Origin: Planctomycetaceae bacterium
GTDB lineage: Bacteria > Planctomycetota > Planctomycetia > Pirellulales > PNKZ01
Reading direction: 5' to 3'
Assembly (NCBI GenBank): GCA_016793115.1
Contig: JAEUIN010000306.1
Location: 6,218 to 70,217 of the forward strand
DNA length: 64,000 nucleotides
A program made the translations under genes and the position numbers. A model generated the notes under the pieces. The model ran no database searches and had not been told where the DNA came from. It was given only the letters and a program-made list of their open reading frames with translations. Below are positions 1 to 8,253 of this stretch, piece by piece; within the stretch, counting starts at the first letter, position 1, and every line of letters starts with the position of its first letter.

Positions 1-145
1 CGAGCGTACGACGACGCTCGGGAAACACGGAGTCTTCGTGTCGCGATTCTGGAATCACGAAGTTCTCAGCGACTTCGAAGACGTGTTGGAATCGATGTAT
101 CGCACGTCGGTCACGTTGCAAACGGATCGCAACGAAGCTCTATGA
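1..145 (+). CDS. C-terminal fragment (truncated by window edge) of a DUF559 / Vsr-like endonuclease-domain protein
   Basis: Frame 2 reads ...LGKHGVFVSRFWNHEVLSDFEDVLESMYRTS... and ends at TGA 143-145. The RFWN.EVL...VLE tail is typical of DUF559 C-termini. The 5' end is outside the window. Confidence 0.45.
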   Translation, partial: ERTTTLGKHGVFVSRFWNHEVLSDFEDVLESMYRTSVTLQTDRNEAL

Positions 146-205
146 AATAGGGCGAGTAATTCAACGTCTCGCCGAGGGCGAGATTTAAGATTGACGGGCG
201 CGAGC

Positions 206-1375
206 TTACTTCGTCGTCGTCAGATCGACTTCATACGGCAGCTTGCCGCGCCACAGCGCCAGTGCTCTGCCGGCGTGCGAGAGATACGTGAAGTAGTTCT
301 CGGTTTGTTCCGGCGTGAGATTGTCGATGGTGCGCACCATCCATTGGCCGGCCTTCGCCAACACTTCGCGCGGCGGGTGGCATTCTTGCGGCGCGAGCGC
401 CCACCATTCCAGCGCGTGGCCGGTCGCCAAGATGCGGTCGGCGAGGCCGTCGCCGCTGAGGTTCACATTGACGTCGCTGCCGGCCGGCTGATCGGGCCAT
501 TTGCCGTCCCAATAGCCGTCGGAATGTTGATGGCGGATCAGCTTCACCGTGTTGTCGCACAGGAAGCCGATGATCTCGGCCCGCGTGCCGGGCGTGAGCA
601 CGTGCTGTTCGTCGTCGATCCGCAGGAACATCGTGAGCGTGTGCAGACGATGATTGCCGAAGCAGACGCCGCGCGGCAGTTCTTCGCGCATCAGGCGTTG
701 GGCGATCCGGTCGAACGTGATCTCTTGCCCTTCCGCGGTCCGCCAACCTTGGGCCGGCGGCAGAAACGAGATCATCGCCAGCGCAGTCCATTCGTATTCG
801 ATTTGGTTCAAGCTGAAATCGTGCAACGCTTGTTCGAGCATCGCCCGATAGGTCGTGACGTGCGTCGGCGTGACGACGGGAAACGTGAGAGGCGTGCCGA
901 CCTCGGCCAACCCGGCGACCGTGTGGTCGACGTGGCTCGACGATTGCAGACCTTCCTGTACGCGGACGCGGACGCCGTAGGGGCCGTCGCTCAAGAGCGG
1001 CGCGGCCGTGGGGCCGTAGAGGGCCATGAACTGCCGCGTGTCGGTCAGCACGCCCCGAAGTTGCTCGCCGGAGAAGAACGCCGGGTCGTAGAACTTGGCG
1101 TGCGGCGTCCAGAACCGCAGAGCGTGGTCGATGTGATTGATCTTCGTCTTCGCGCCGAGGTTGCGCGGGCGGAGCTTCAGGAGCACGCGGCGGAGTTGGT
1201 CGTCGCCGACGACGACCGGCATATCGTAGGTCGGCCGCACGGTGAGCGGCTCCTCGCGAAACGCCGGCAATTCCAGTTCGGCTTTCCAACTTTGCCAACG
1301 CACGGCGCCCCAAGCGGTGCCGATCGAGAGCAACACGGCTTGCAGGATCAAAAAGCGAGTGAGGTTAGGCTTCAT
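206..1375 (-). CDS. Hypothetical signal-anchored/secreted protein (389 aa)
   Basis: Inside ORF 206..1945, the ATG at 1375 gives MKPNLTRFLILQAVLLSIGTAWG, a clean signal/anchor. The Arg-rich 190 aa upstream look non-coding. No family recognised. Confidence 0.6.
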   Translation of the reverse strand: MKPNLTRFLILQAVLLSIGTAWGAVRWQSWKAELELPAFREEPLTVRPTYDMPVVVGDDQLRRVLLKLRPRNLGAKTKINHIDHALRFWTPHAKFYDPAFFSGEQLRGVLTDTRQFMALYGPTAAPLLSDGPYGVRVRVQEGLQSSSHVDHTVAGLAEVGTPLTFPVVTPTHVTTYRAMLEQALHDFSLNQIEYEWTALAMISFLPPAQGWRTAEGQEITFDRIAQRLMREELPRGVCFGNHRLHTLTMFLRIDDEQHVLTPGTRAEIIGFLCDNTVKLIRHQHSDGYWDGKWPDQPAGSDVNVNLSGDGLADRILATGHALEWWALAPQECHPPREVLAKAGQWMVRTIDNLTPEQTENYFTYLSHAGRALALWRGKLPYEVDLTTTK

Positions 1376-1470
1376 GGCGGAAACGACGGGAAAGGATGAA
1401 CGATGCGCGAGATGAACGAGAACGCATGCGGTGCCCGGGGCCGGGGCCGCAGGCGCGCGAGGCCGGAACG

Positions 1471-3192
1471 CTAGTGACACACGGCCGGCTTCGCGGTCGC
1501 CTCGGGTTTGGCTTGCTCCGACTTCGGCTTCTTGCGAAACACTTGGGCCTGCGCGTCTTCGTAGGCGGGCACCCATTCGCCCGAGCCGCGGAGGGCGCGA
1601 ATGAAGCCGGCTTGCCGCGCCTTGTCGACGATGATCGTTTGCACGTTGTAGCGCGCGAGCGTCGCGTCCCAACCGGAGGTGACCGAAGAAACGCGGCCGT
1701 AGTCTTGCCAGGTCATGCGCGGGATCAAGTGAATGTTGGTCGTCGCAAACACCTGCATGCCGGGAGGGCCGTCGACGGCGAGCCAGTCGCCCCAGTATTG
1801 CGGATTGAAGACGGCTCCCTGCGGCGGGTTTGCGCGGAGCCAAGCGGTGAGCTTCAGCGGCGAATCGCCGTACACGGCTTCCGGCGCACGGGGCGGCCCG
1901 CCCAACAGCGGCCGACTGACCGAGGAGAACGCGAACGCGATCCAAATCAAGCCGACGCAGCCGAGCGTGTAGCGGAAGGAATGCCCCTCGGCCAACTGCG
2001 GCACTTCGTCGTCGTCGCCTTCCAGGGCCGCTTCGGCGGGCTCCCCTTTCTCACGCGCGAACCACGCGGCGACGACGTCCCAAGCGTGCGGCGCGATCGC
2101 CACGGCCCACACGGCCGCGAACCAGCCGATCATGCGGAGTTGCAGCGCGGCGGCGAGGCCGAAGAAAGTTAAGAGAATCAGGTCGGACGCCGCCCACGGC
2201 TTGCGACTCAGCTTCAACAGCGCGGCCGTCGCCAAGCAGGCGCAGGCGAATTCCGGCCCGCCGACGCTCGTGAGCGCGAGCGGCGCCCATTCCATGACTT
2301 CGCGCAAGTTGGCGTTGCCGGAGAAACGCAAGACTTCGACGTAGGCGTCGATCGTATACGGATTGATCAGCACGGCCGCCGCGGCCAGCTCGCACCAATA
2401 GAGCAAGCGACGCGCTTCGCGGTCGGCGAACACGGCCGCAACCGATCGCTCGCTCCACAGCACTTCGACGACGCGCCCGGCGAAAAACCCGCCGACCAGC
2501 GCCAAGCCGCAGAGAAACGATCCGTGCAGATTGGCCCAGGCGGCGAAGATCGCCGGCACGCCCAGCCAGAGCTTCCAATCGCCGCGCGTGTCGTCGGCGA
2601 GCACCGAATCGGCGCGGCGCACGCGCCGGCCGACATAGAGCCATAGCAGGCCAGCGAACAGCAGCAGCGCGAAGTTTTCCGGCCGGATCGTCGCAATCCG
2701 GCTCCAGCCGACACCGAGCGCGGCCGCGGTGACGATCGTGCTGAACAGCGCGTGCCGCGTCTGCAAAAAGCAAGTGCGCGCAATCAAGACGTAGGTCGAC
2801 CAGACGACCACGGTAAACAGCCCGACGAGCGCTTCCGGCCCGCCGAAGCGTTCGGCCGCGGCGAAGATCACCTGCGCGCCCCAGCTCAGGTCGACGACTT
2901 TCATGCCCGCCGCCAGCGGCTGCAGCGGGTCTTGCGTCGGCAGCGTTTTGTGTTCGAGGATCCATTCGCCCCAGCCGAGATGACCCCAGAGGTCGGTCCC
3001 GCGCAGCGGCAGATGATTCAAAAAGACGAACAGCGCGCAAAACGCCGCCGTCGCGGCCAAATGTTTGACGCTCAAGGCCCAGCGCGGGCCGAGCACCGGA
3101 ATCAGGACCGGTTCGCGCGTCTCCGGCGCGGCCTCGGCGGTGAGCGACGGGGCCTCGTTTTCATCCGGCGGAGTCGTGAGTGTGCTGCTCAT
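1471..3192 (-). CDS. Polytopic membrane protein, GT-C (ArnT/PMT)-like architecture with a C-terminal periplasmic domain
   Basis: Within ORF 1471..3348 the start is taken at MSSTLTTPPDE (ATG 3192). There are about 10 or more hydrophobic helices followed by a soluble tail of about 120 aa. Only the architecture is recognised, not a specific family. Confidence 0.65.
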   Translation of the reverse strand: MSSTLTTPPDENEAPSLTAEAAPETREPVLIPVLGPRWALSVKHLAATAAFCALFVFLNHLPLRGTDLWGHLGWGEWILEHKTLPTQDPLQPLAAGMKVVDLSWGAQVIFAAAERFGGPEALVGLFTVVVWSTYVLIARTCFLQTRHALFSTIVTAAALGVGWSRIATIRPENFALLLFAGLLWLYVGRRVRRADSVLADDTRGDWKLWLGVPAIFAAWANLHGSFLCGLALVGGFFAGRVVEVLWSERSVAAVFADREARRLLYWCELAAAAVLINPYTIDAYVEVLRFSGNANLREVMEWAPLALTSVGGPEFACACLATAALLKLSRKPWAASDLILLTFFGLAAALQLRMIGWFAAVWAVAIAPHAWDVVAAWFAREKGEPAEAALEGDDDEVPQLAEGHSFRYTLGCVGLIWIAFAFSSVSRPLLGGPPRAPEAVYGDSPLKLTAWLRANPPQGAVFNPQYWGDWLAVDGPPGMQVFATTNIHLIPRMTWQDYGRVSSVTSGWDATLARYNVQTIIVDKARQAGFIRALRGSGEWVPAYEDAQAQVFRKKPKSEQAKPEATAKPAVCH

Positions 3193-3343
3193 AAAGAGAC
3201 TGTCGTGAAGATCGATGTGCGATAACCCGACCGCGGTGGCTTGCTTGCCGGGGCGTTCCCTGCTCCGGCCCGCTCCGCAAGTTCGCGGCTTGTGCGCGGC
3301 GAGCGGAGTCGTGGTCGTGCACAACTCTAGGTCGCCGTTTCCG

Positions 3344-3393
3344 TGCAAAAACGCCGACGCCTCCGGAACTTTCGAACGTTCCGAAGGCGTCGG
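3344..3393 (-). terminator. Rho-independent terminator downstream of the flp-like pilin gene
   Basis: A 16-bp stem with one mismatch pairs CCGACGCCTCCGGAAC (from 3354) with GTTCCGAAGGCGTCGG (to 3393). On the minus strand it is followed by CG plus TTTTT (plus-strand A-run 3347-3351). Confidence 0.6.
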
Positions 3394-3471
3394 GTATCAC
3401 GGGGAGGAGAGAGACTTGGTCGGCGATCGCAGCCTTGTCAGTTCGTTAGAATCGGTGCGATCGCTAGCGGA

Positions 3472-3807
3472 TTAACTTTCCGAATCGGCGTAGGCGGCGA
3501 CGTTCACGCACTTCGATTCTTGCCCGCCGCCGTACGGGTAGCCGTTGGCGTCGCAGAAGTCCTGCGAGTCTTTGAAGTGGCCGCCCCCGGTCGAGGCCGC
3601 ATGGCCCGTCGTGCCGCTGTAGCAGTAGCTCTGGTTGATGTTGGCGAAGGCTTGAGCGACGTCGGCGAGCTCGGTCACGACCGAATCGCGAACGCTCTTC
3701 AGGCCGACGATCACGCCCAACACGAGGATCGTGCCGGCGAGCATGATTTCGGCGGAAACGACGGCACCCGTTTCTTCGGCCCACAAACGATGGAACATGG
3801 TCTTCAT
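3472..3807 (-). CDS. flp: Flp/Fap-family type IVc pilin with an unusually long C-terminal extension (111 aa)
   Basis: MKTMFHRLWAEETG/AVVSAEIMLAGTILVLGVIVGL matches the Flp prepilin leader, G cleavage site and hydrophobic helix. The gene is divergent from the tad operon, has a purine-rich stretch (GGGGA) ahead of the ATG as a possible SD, and is followed by a strong terminator. Confidence 0.7.
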   Translation of the reverse strand: MKTMFHRLWAEETGAVVSAEIMLAGTILVLGVIVGLKSVRDSVVTELADVAQAFANINQSYCYSGTTGHAASTGGGHFKDSQDFCDANGYPYGGGQESKCVNVAAYADSES

Positions 3808-4499
3808 AGCGAGGTCCCCCGGATAAATGATGCGAACGGTGTTCTGTGGCGCCCCGTGCGGCGTCTTCGCTCGTTGCGAAGGTGAGATCGATCTCAAGCA
3901 GCGACCATGCCGCGGGCCGCGCCGGCGACGAGAATCCCGACCGGTGCGATCGCATCCGCAGCCCGGAAAACAAGGCGTTTCCGCGCTCCGGAAAATTTTT
4001 CGCCCGCTGCGCCGACGCGCGCTCGCTCCCCTTCGCATGTTGCTCGGCGGCAACGCTTGCTCCGGCGCGCGCGTTGCCGAATCGCATCGTTGCGGCCCGT
4101 CCGCGACGCCGCCGCGCCCGCGACGACGCGGCGCGAAGCCGCGCGGCTCTTTGGTCGGCCGTCGACCAAGTCGATGCCGCGGCAGGTCTTAGCGTCGGGG
4201 TCGGCTCGCGGAGGCCGGCGGCGGGTGCGGCGTCGCGGGGAAATCCCCCGCCGCCGGCGAAGCGTTCGCAAAGGTTTCCTTCCCGCCGCGGTCGCCGTAC
4301 GCGCCCGCGGGGTCGCTCGCCCGGTCGGTCGTGCCGGTTGTGTCGACCGCGCCCGGCATGTCGCCGAATCGCCTCCTCCGCACGCTTTGCCCGATCGCTA
4401 CAAATTTGCTCCGCACTAACCGCAACCTATGGTCTTGGTGAGAGTTTCTCCGGACCCACGCCCGGAGTAGGCCCCGCACTTCAGCGAAAGAACAATCTC

Positions 4500-5084
4500 G
4501 TGGACACCGCCGACCTGATCAAAATCGCGTTCCTCGTGCTGTTCACCGTGACGGCCGCGGTTTGCGATTTTCGCACGAAGAAATTGCCCAACTGGCTGAC
4601 GGTGCCGGCCTTCGCGCTCGCCCTCGTCTATCAGACCGCGGTCGGCGCGGTCCACGCCGGCTGGTCCGGGGCAGGCTCCGGCTTGCTCACGGCGCTGGCC
4701 GGCTTCGGCGTCGGCTTCGGCATTTTGTTCGTTCTGTGGCTGATCGGCGGCGGCGGCGCGGGCGACGTCAAGCTCATGGGCGCGCTGGGCGCTTGGTTCG
4801 GCCCGATGCAAACCTTGGTCTTGTTCTTCGTCAGCACGGTGTTCGTCGTCGTGCTCTCGGTCGGCGTGCTGGCTTGGCAAATGATTCAAAACGGCGCATG
4901 GAACGTACGTCGCAAGTATGTCGGTTCCGAGAGCGGCAAGGTCGACGCCCGCGGCCTCTCGGCCGAGGAAGCGGCGCTGCAACGCAAAGTGAAGCGTCGC
5001 CTGATGCCCTACGGCGTGCCGGTCGCGCTGGCCGCTTGGGTCGTGATCGCCTGGAGTTTCCGTTCGCAACTCTTCGGTTCCTAG
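4500..5084 (+). CDS. cpaA: A24-family prepilin peptidase (CpaA/TadV)
   Basis: GTG start at 4500 within ORF 3846..5084. Both catalytic Asp motifs are present (VCDFRTKKLPN and GGGAGDVKLMGALG) in a multi-TM protein. Confidence 0.85.
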   Translation: MDTADLIKIAFLVLFTVTAAVCDFRTKKLPNWLTVPAFALALVYQTAVGAVHAGWSGAGSGLLTALAGFGVGFGILFVLWLIGGGGAGDVKLMGALGAWFGPMQTLVLFFVSTVFVVVLSVGVLAWQMIQNGAWNVRRKYVGSESGKVDARGLSAEEAALQRKVKRRLMPYGVPVALAAWVVIAWSFRSQLFGS

Positions 5085-5134
5085 TCTTCCCCGTCGCGTC
5101 GCCGACTTCGCAAAGTTCCGCAAAGTTCGCTCAC

Positions 5135-5563
5135 ATGCACAAATCCAAAATCATTCGCGGTCGGGGTCGCGGCCGGAGTCGCCGCCTGGGCGCCGTGCTC
5201 AGCATGGAACTCTTGTTCGTGCTCCCGATTCTGTTCGGGCTCTCGTTGGCCCTGATCGAGTTCGGCATGCTCTGGACCTCGGGACAGCGCGTCAAGGAAG
5301 CGGCCACGGCCGGTTGCCGCGCGGCGTCGTTCCGCGGGGCCGACGAAGTCGCCGTCCGCCGCAGCGTCGAGCGTTCGCTCGGCCGCAAAGCCCTAATTAC
5401 GACCTACAGTCTGAATGTGCAGAAGAATGCTCCGTTCAACGACGAAGTCGCCGTGACGGTGCGCGTGCCGATGAAGGCCGCCGCCCCGGATCTGCTCGGC
5501 TTCATCGGTTTCGGACTCGGCAATCGCGACGTCGTCGCCCAGACGACGATGCGACTCGAGTAG
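5135..5563 (+). CDS. tadE: TadE-like pseudopilin / pilus assembly protein
   Basis: N-terminus RRLGAVLSMELLFVLPILFGLSLALIEFG matches the TadE-like hydrophobic segment (E-containing helix). Size is 142 aa and it sits between cpaA and cpaB. Confidence 0.75.
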   Translation: MHKSKIIRGRGRGRSRRLGAVLSMELLFVLPILFGLSLALIEFGMLWTSGQRVKEAATAGCRAASFRGADEVAVRRSVERSLGRKALITTYSLNVQKNAPFNDEVAVTVRVPMKAAAPDLLGFIGFGLGNRDVVAQTTMRLE

Positions 5564-5675
5564 CGTTCGACCCCGTTTCCGTTCGTCTATTTGCAGTTGA
5601 TAGTTCCGCCGCCGCGCCAGTGCGACGTCGGTCCAAAGAACACGTTTCCGCCCCCGAAGAGAGGAAGAGTTTCTC

Positions 5676-6830
5676 ATGGCTCGCATCAGTACCGGCACGA
5701 TGACCGTCGGAATTTTCGCCGTCTTGTTCGGCTTGGCCGGGGCTTACGCCCTGCGGGCCGCGCTCACTCCGCCCGCCGCCGAGCCGCCGCCGGCGCCGCG
5801 CTCCGTACCCGTCCCGTTGGCCGGAATCGACATTCCCGCCGGCCGGCAAATCGCCATCGCCGACATGGTGCTCGTGCCGATGACGCAAGAAGACATGAAG
5901 TCCCGCAAGTACAACCTCGAAACGGTGATGCTCGACACCAACCAAATCGTCGGTCGCATCGCGCAATCGCCCATCAAGCAAGGGGAGCCGATCCTCACCA
6001 CGAACCTCTACGTCGCCGGCGACGGACCCAAGCTCAGCGATAAGCTCAAGCCGGGCATGCGGGCCGTGACGATCCCGATCGACAACCTCTCGGCCGTCGG
6101 CGGTTCGACCGTCGAAGGGAGCTTCGTCGACGTCCTCTTCCGCTCCAAGAAGCAAGCGCCGGATCCGGTCACCGGTCGTCCGGAAATTCCGTCGACCACG
6201 GTGACGTTGCTGGAAAACGTCGAAGTCTTGTCGGTCGGCCGGATGGCCGCCGTCGACAACAGCGGCGCCTCGGGCGAACTCGACGTCCGCACCACCAACC
6301 AAGGCCGGACCGGCGCGTCGGTCAAAGGCTTCGGGGCCAACTACCAAGACGCCAACGTCGTCAGCGTGACGATCGCCGTTTCGCCGGACCAAGCCAACAT
6401 CGTCAAGGCCGTGCTCGGTCAAGGCGACATGTCGCTCGCTCTCCGCGGCGAAGGCGGTTTGGGCGCCGTGACCCCGAACAAGTACACGCTCGAAGGCATC
6501 CTCGGCCTCAAGGGCCAACCGATCGCCAAGATGAACCGCATCGAAATCTATCGCGGCAATCTCACGCGTCAGAACATCAGCTTCTCCGACGCGAAGCTCG
6601 TCGATAACGAAGTCAGCATGGTCTCCGGCCTGCCGGCCAACATGACCTTCCCGGTGCCGGACAAAGTGCCCGCCACGCCGAAGACCGAAGACCCGTACGC
6701 CGATACGAAAACCTATCAACCGACGCCGCGCCGCTACGACCTCAACTGGGGCACCGGCTACGGCAACGGCTGGGGCCGCGGCTGGGGCGGCGGCTGGGGC
6801 GGTTGGGGCGGCTACGGCTACGGTTACTAG
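5676..6830 (+). CDS. cpaB: Flp pilus assembly protein CpaB (SAF-domain) with a Gly-Trp/Tyr-rich C-terminal tail
   Basis: N-terminal TM (MTVGIFAVLFGLAGAYAL), a SAF-like segment (IPAGRQIAIADMVLVPM...IKQGEPIL) and an RcpC-like body. RBS GAGGAAGAG lies upstream. Confidence 0.85.
   Translation: MARISTGTMTVGIFAVLFGLAGAYALRAALTPPAAEPPPAPRSVPVPLAGIDIPAGRQIAIADMVLVPMTQEDMKSRKYNLETVMLDTNQIVGRIAQSPIKQGEPILTTNLYVAGDGPKLSDKLKPGMRAVTIPIDNLSAVGGSTVEGSFVDVLFRSKKQAPDPVTGRPEIPSTTVTLLENVEVLSVGRMAAVDNSGASGELDVRTTNQGRTGASVKGFGANYQDANVVSVTIAVSPDQANIVKAVLGQGDMSLALRGEGGLGAVTPNKYTLEGILGLKGQPIAKMNRIEIYRGNLTRQNISFSDAKLVDNEVSMVSGLPANMTFPVPDKVPATPKTEDPYADTKTYQPTPRRYDLNWGTGYGNGWGRGWGGGWGGWGGYGYGY
6735..6827 (+). repeat. 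Coding low-complexity repeat: YDLNWGTGYGNGWGRGWGGGWGGWGGYGYGY (GGC-TGG-GGC iterations)
   Basis: Read directly from the DNA and translation at the 3' end of cpaB. Confidence 0.9.
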
Positions 6831-6916
6831 TCCCCCTCGAGCGAACGCCCTCCGGGGCGTTCCGTAACGATCTCGCCGAAGCGACCGAACTACGAACACC
6901 AAACGACCTCACGACC

Positions 6917-8251
6917 ATGAACTTCGCCCCGACCAATCCGACGCCGATTCGCCGACGCCCCGCGTCGCCGGCCCGGCAGGGTCGCGCGGCGAAGCGTCGC
7001 GGCGTGGCCGTCGGGTTTCTGATCGTCACTTTGGTGTTCCTCGCCGGTTTCGTCGCCTTAGGGCTCAACACTTCGCGGCTCCTGCACACCAAGGCCGAGC
7101 TGCGGGCCGTTTGCCAATCGGCGGCTCTGGCCGGCGCGCGGGAACTGCTCGACGAAGGAGTGCTCTACGGCTATCCCGACAAGCGCGACGACGTGCTCAT
7201 GGCTCGCGAAGCGGCCCGGCTCCTGGGGCGAGCCAACCGCGTCGACGGCCGCGTCGTCGTCTTAGACCCTAACCCGAAGAATCTTCCGCTCGGCGACGTC
7301 GTCGTCGGCACGGTCGATCCGCTCGGGCCCGTCGGACTGCCGCTCGGCTTGCCGGTCGATCCCGAGAAGCCGCAGGCCGTGAACACGGTCCGCGTTTCGG
7401 CCACGCTCAACGACAACGTTTTCAATCGGGTCAGCCTCTGGCTCGGCAAGCTCACCGGCGTGCTCACGGCCGATACGGCCGCGAGCGCGCAAGCCACGCT
7501 CGACACGCGTATCGCCGGCTTCAAGCCGGAGCGCGGCGTGAAAGCGCCGGTCGTGCCGCTTGCCGCCGAGTATGGAGCCTGGCTGAAGCAAGCCGAGGCC
7601 GAACCGGTCGCCGGCGTCAACGATCGCTTCACCGTGAATCCGCAGACGGGTCAAGTGACGTCGGGCCCGGACGGCATTCCGGAGATCGTCTTGAACTGCG
7701 GGCCGAATCCGCCTCCCGCGGCAAGCCGATCGACCGAGTCGACCGAAGTCGCCGACGCTGCGCCGACCGACGACACGAGCGCCGCAACCGCCGAGTCCGA
7801 AGACGCCGCCGACGAGTCGGCGATCGGTGCGGCTTGGTGCGTCGCGCTCGACCTCGTCAACGATCAAAAACTTCCTTACATCTGGCCGGTCCGCTGCCGC
7901 GAAGGGCTGTCGATCGGCGACCTGAGCGCGGTCGGCGGGCAATTGGTGCTCGCCGGCGGAGCGCTGGTGATGCCGCGCGTGCGGCCGCTTCCCGACGAAG
8001 TGCCGTACGGCTTGATGGACATCGTGGGCCAAAGCCGCGCGTGGCCCCTGTTCGAAGGCTACACCGAGGGAGACGCTCCGACGTGTACGCTCGTCGGCTT
8101 CGCCGCGGCGCGCATCCTTACCGTCGCGCAGTCGCCGGACGGCTCGTGGGAGCTGGTCGCGCAACCGACGACGATGGTCTCGAGCCAGGCCGTGACGGCT
8201 CCCTACATGAACTCGAATCCTTGGATCGGAAAACTGGAGCTTACGCAATAG
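6917..8251 (+). CDS. tadG: TadG-like (TadE/G family) pilus assembly protein
   Basis: ATG 6917 in ORF 6803..8251. The N-terminus RRGVAVGFLIVTLVFLAGFVALGLNTSRLL...CQSAALAGAREL is typical of the TadG-like N-terminal domain. Its position in the tad operon supports the call. Confidence 0.7.
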   Translation: MNFAPTNPTPIRRRPASPARQGRAAKRRGVAVGFLIVTLVFLAGFVALGLNTSRLLHTKAELRAVCQSAALAGARELLDEGVLYGYPDKRDDVLMAREAARLLGRANRVDGRVVVLDPNPKNLPLGDVVVGTVDPLGPVGLPLGLPVDPEKPQAVNTVRVSATLNDNVFNRVSLWLGKLTGVLTADTAASAQATLDTRIAGFKPERGVKAPVVPLAAEYGAWLKQAEAEPVAGVNDRFTVNPQTGQVTSGPDGIPEIVLNCGPNPPPAASRSTESTEVADAAPTDDTSAATAESEDAADESAIGAAWCVALDLVNDQKLPYIWPVRCREGLSIGDLSAVGGQLVLAGGALVMPRVRPLPDEVPYGLMDIVGQSRAWPLFEGYTEGDAPTCTLVGFAAARILTVAQSPDGSWELVAQPTTMVSSQAVTAPYMNSNPWIGKLELTQ

Positions 8252-8253
8252 CC

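Noticed and set aside
191-1399. 402-aa plus-strand ORF, and similar long Arg/Gly/Asp-rich ORFs elsewhere (5502..6902 minus, 8203..9576 minus, 32097..33998 plus, 35176..36387 plus, 38221..39618 plus, 44816..45838 minus, 46184..47128 minus, 56876..58144 minus, 61762..62772 minus, 62826..63779 minus)
   Set aside because: All lie antisense to, or out of frame with, genes that have strong family signatures (CpaB, CpaF, CarB, AcrB, MFP, RhlE, LysR, GltB and others). They have the Arg/Ala/Gly-rich, motif-free composition typical of shadow ORFs in high-GC DNA.
1376-1945. N-terminal extensions of tracked ORFs (206..1945, 3846..5084, 4562..5563, 6803..8251, 7834..9579, 9504..10577, 23933..25054, 49171..50715, 57786..59186, 59907..61304)
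   Set aside because: The upstream parts are Arg/Pro-rich, overlap the preceding gene or spacer, and precede an internal start that yields a canonical N-terminus (signal peptide, Walker motif context or RBS). The shorter models were used.
4189-4359. 56-codon minus-strand ORF with an upstream GGAGGAGG in the pilin/tad spacer
   Set aside because: Not annotated as a feature. The SD spacing is long (12 nt), the peptide is low-complexity with no hydrophobic pilin-like segment, and high third-position GC alone is weak evidence in this genome. It is kept only as a note inside a finding.
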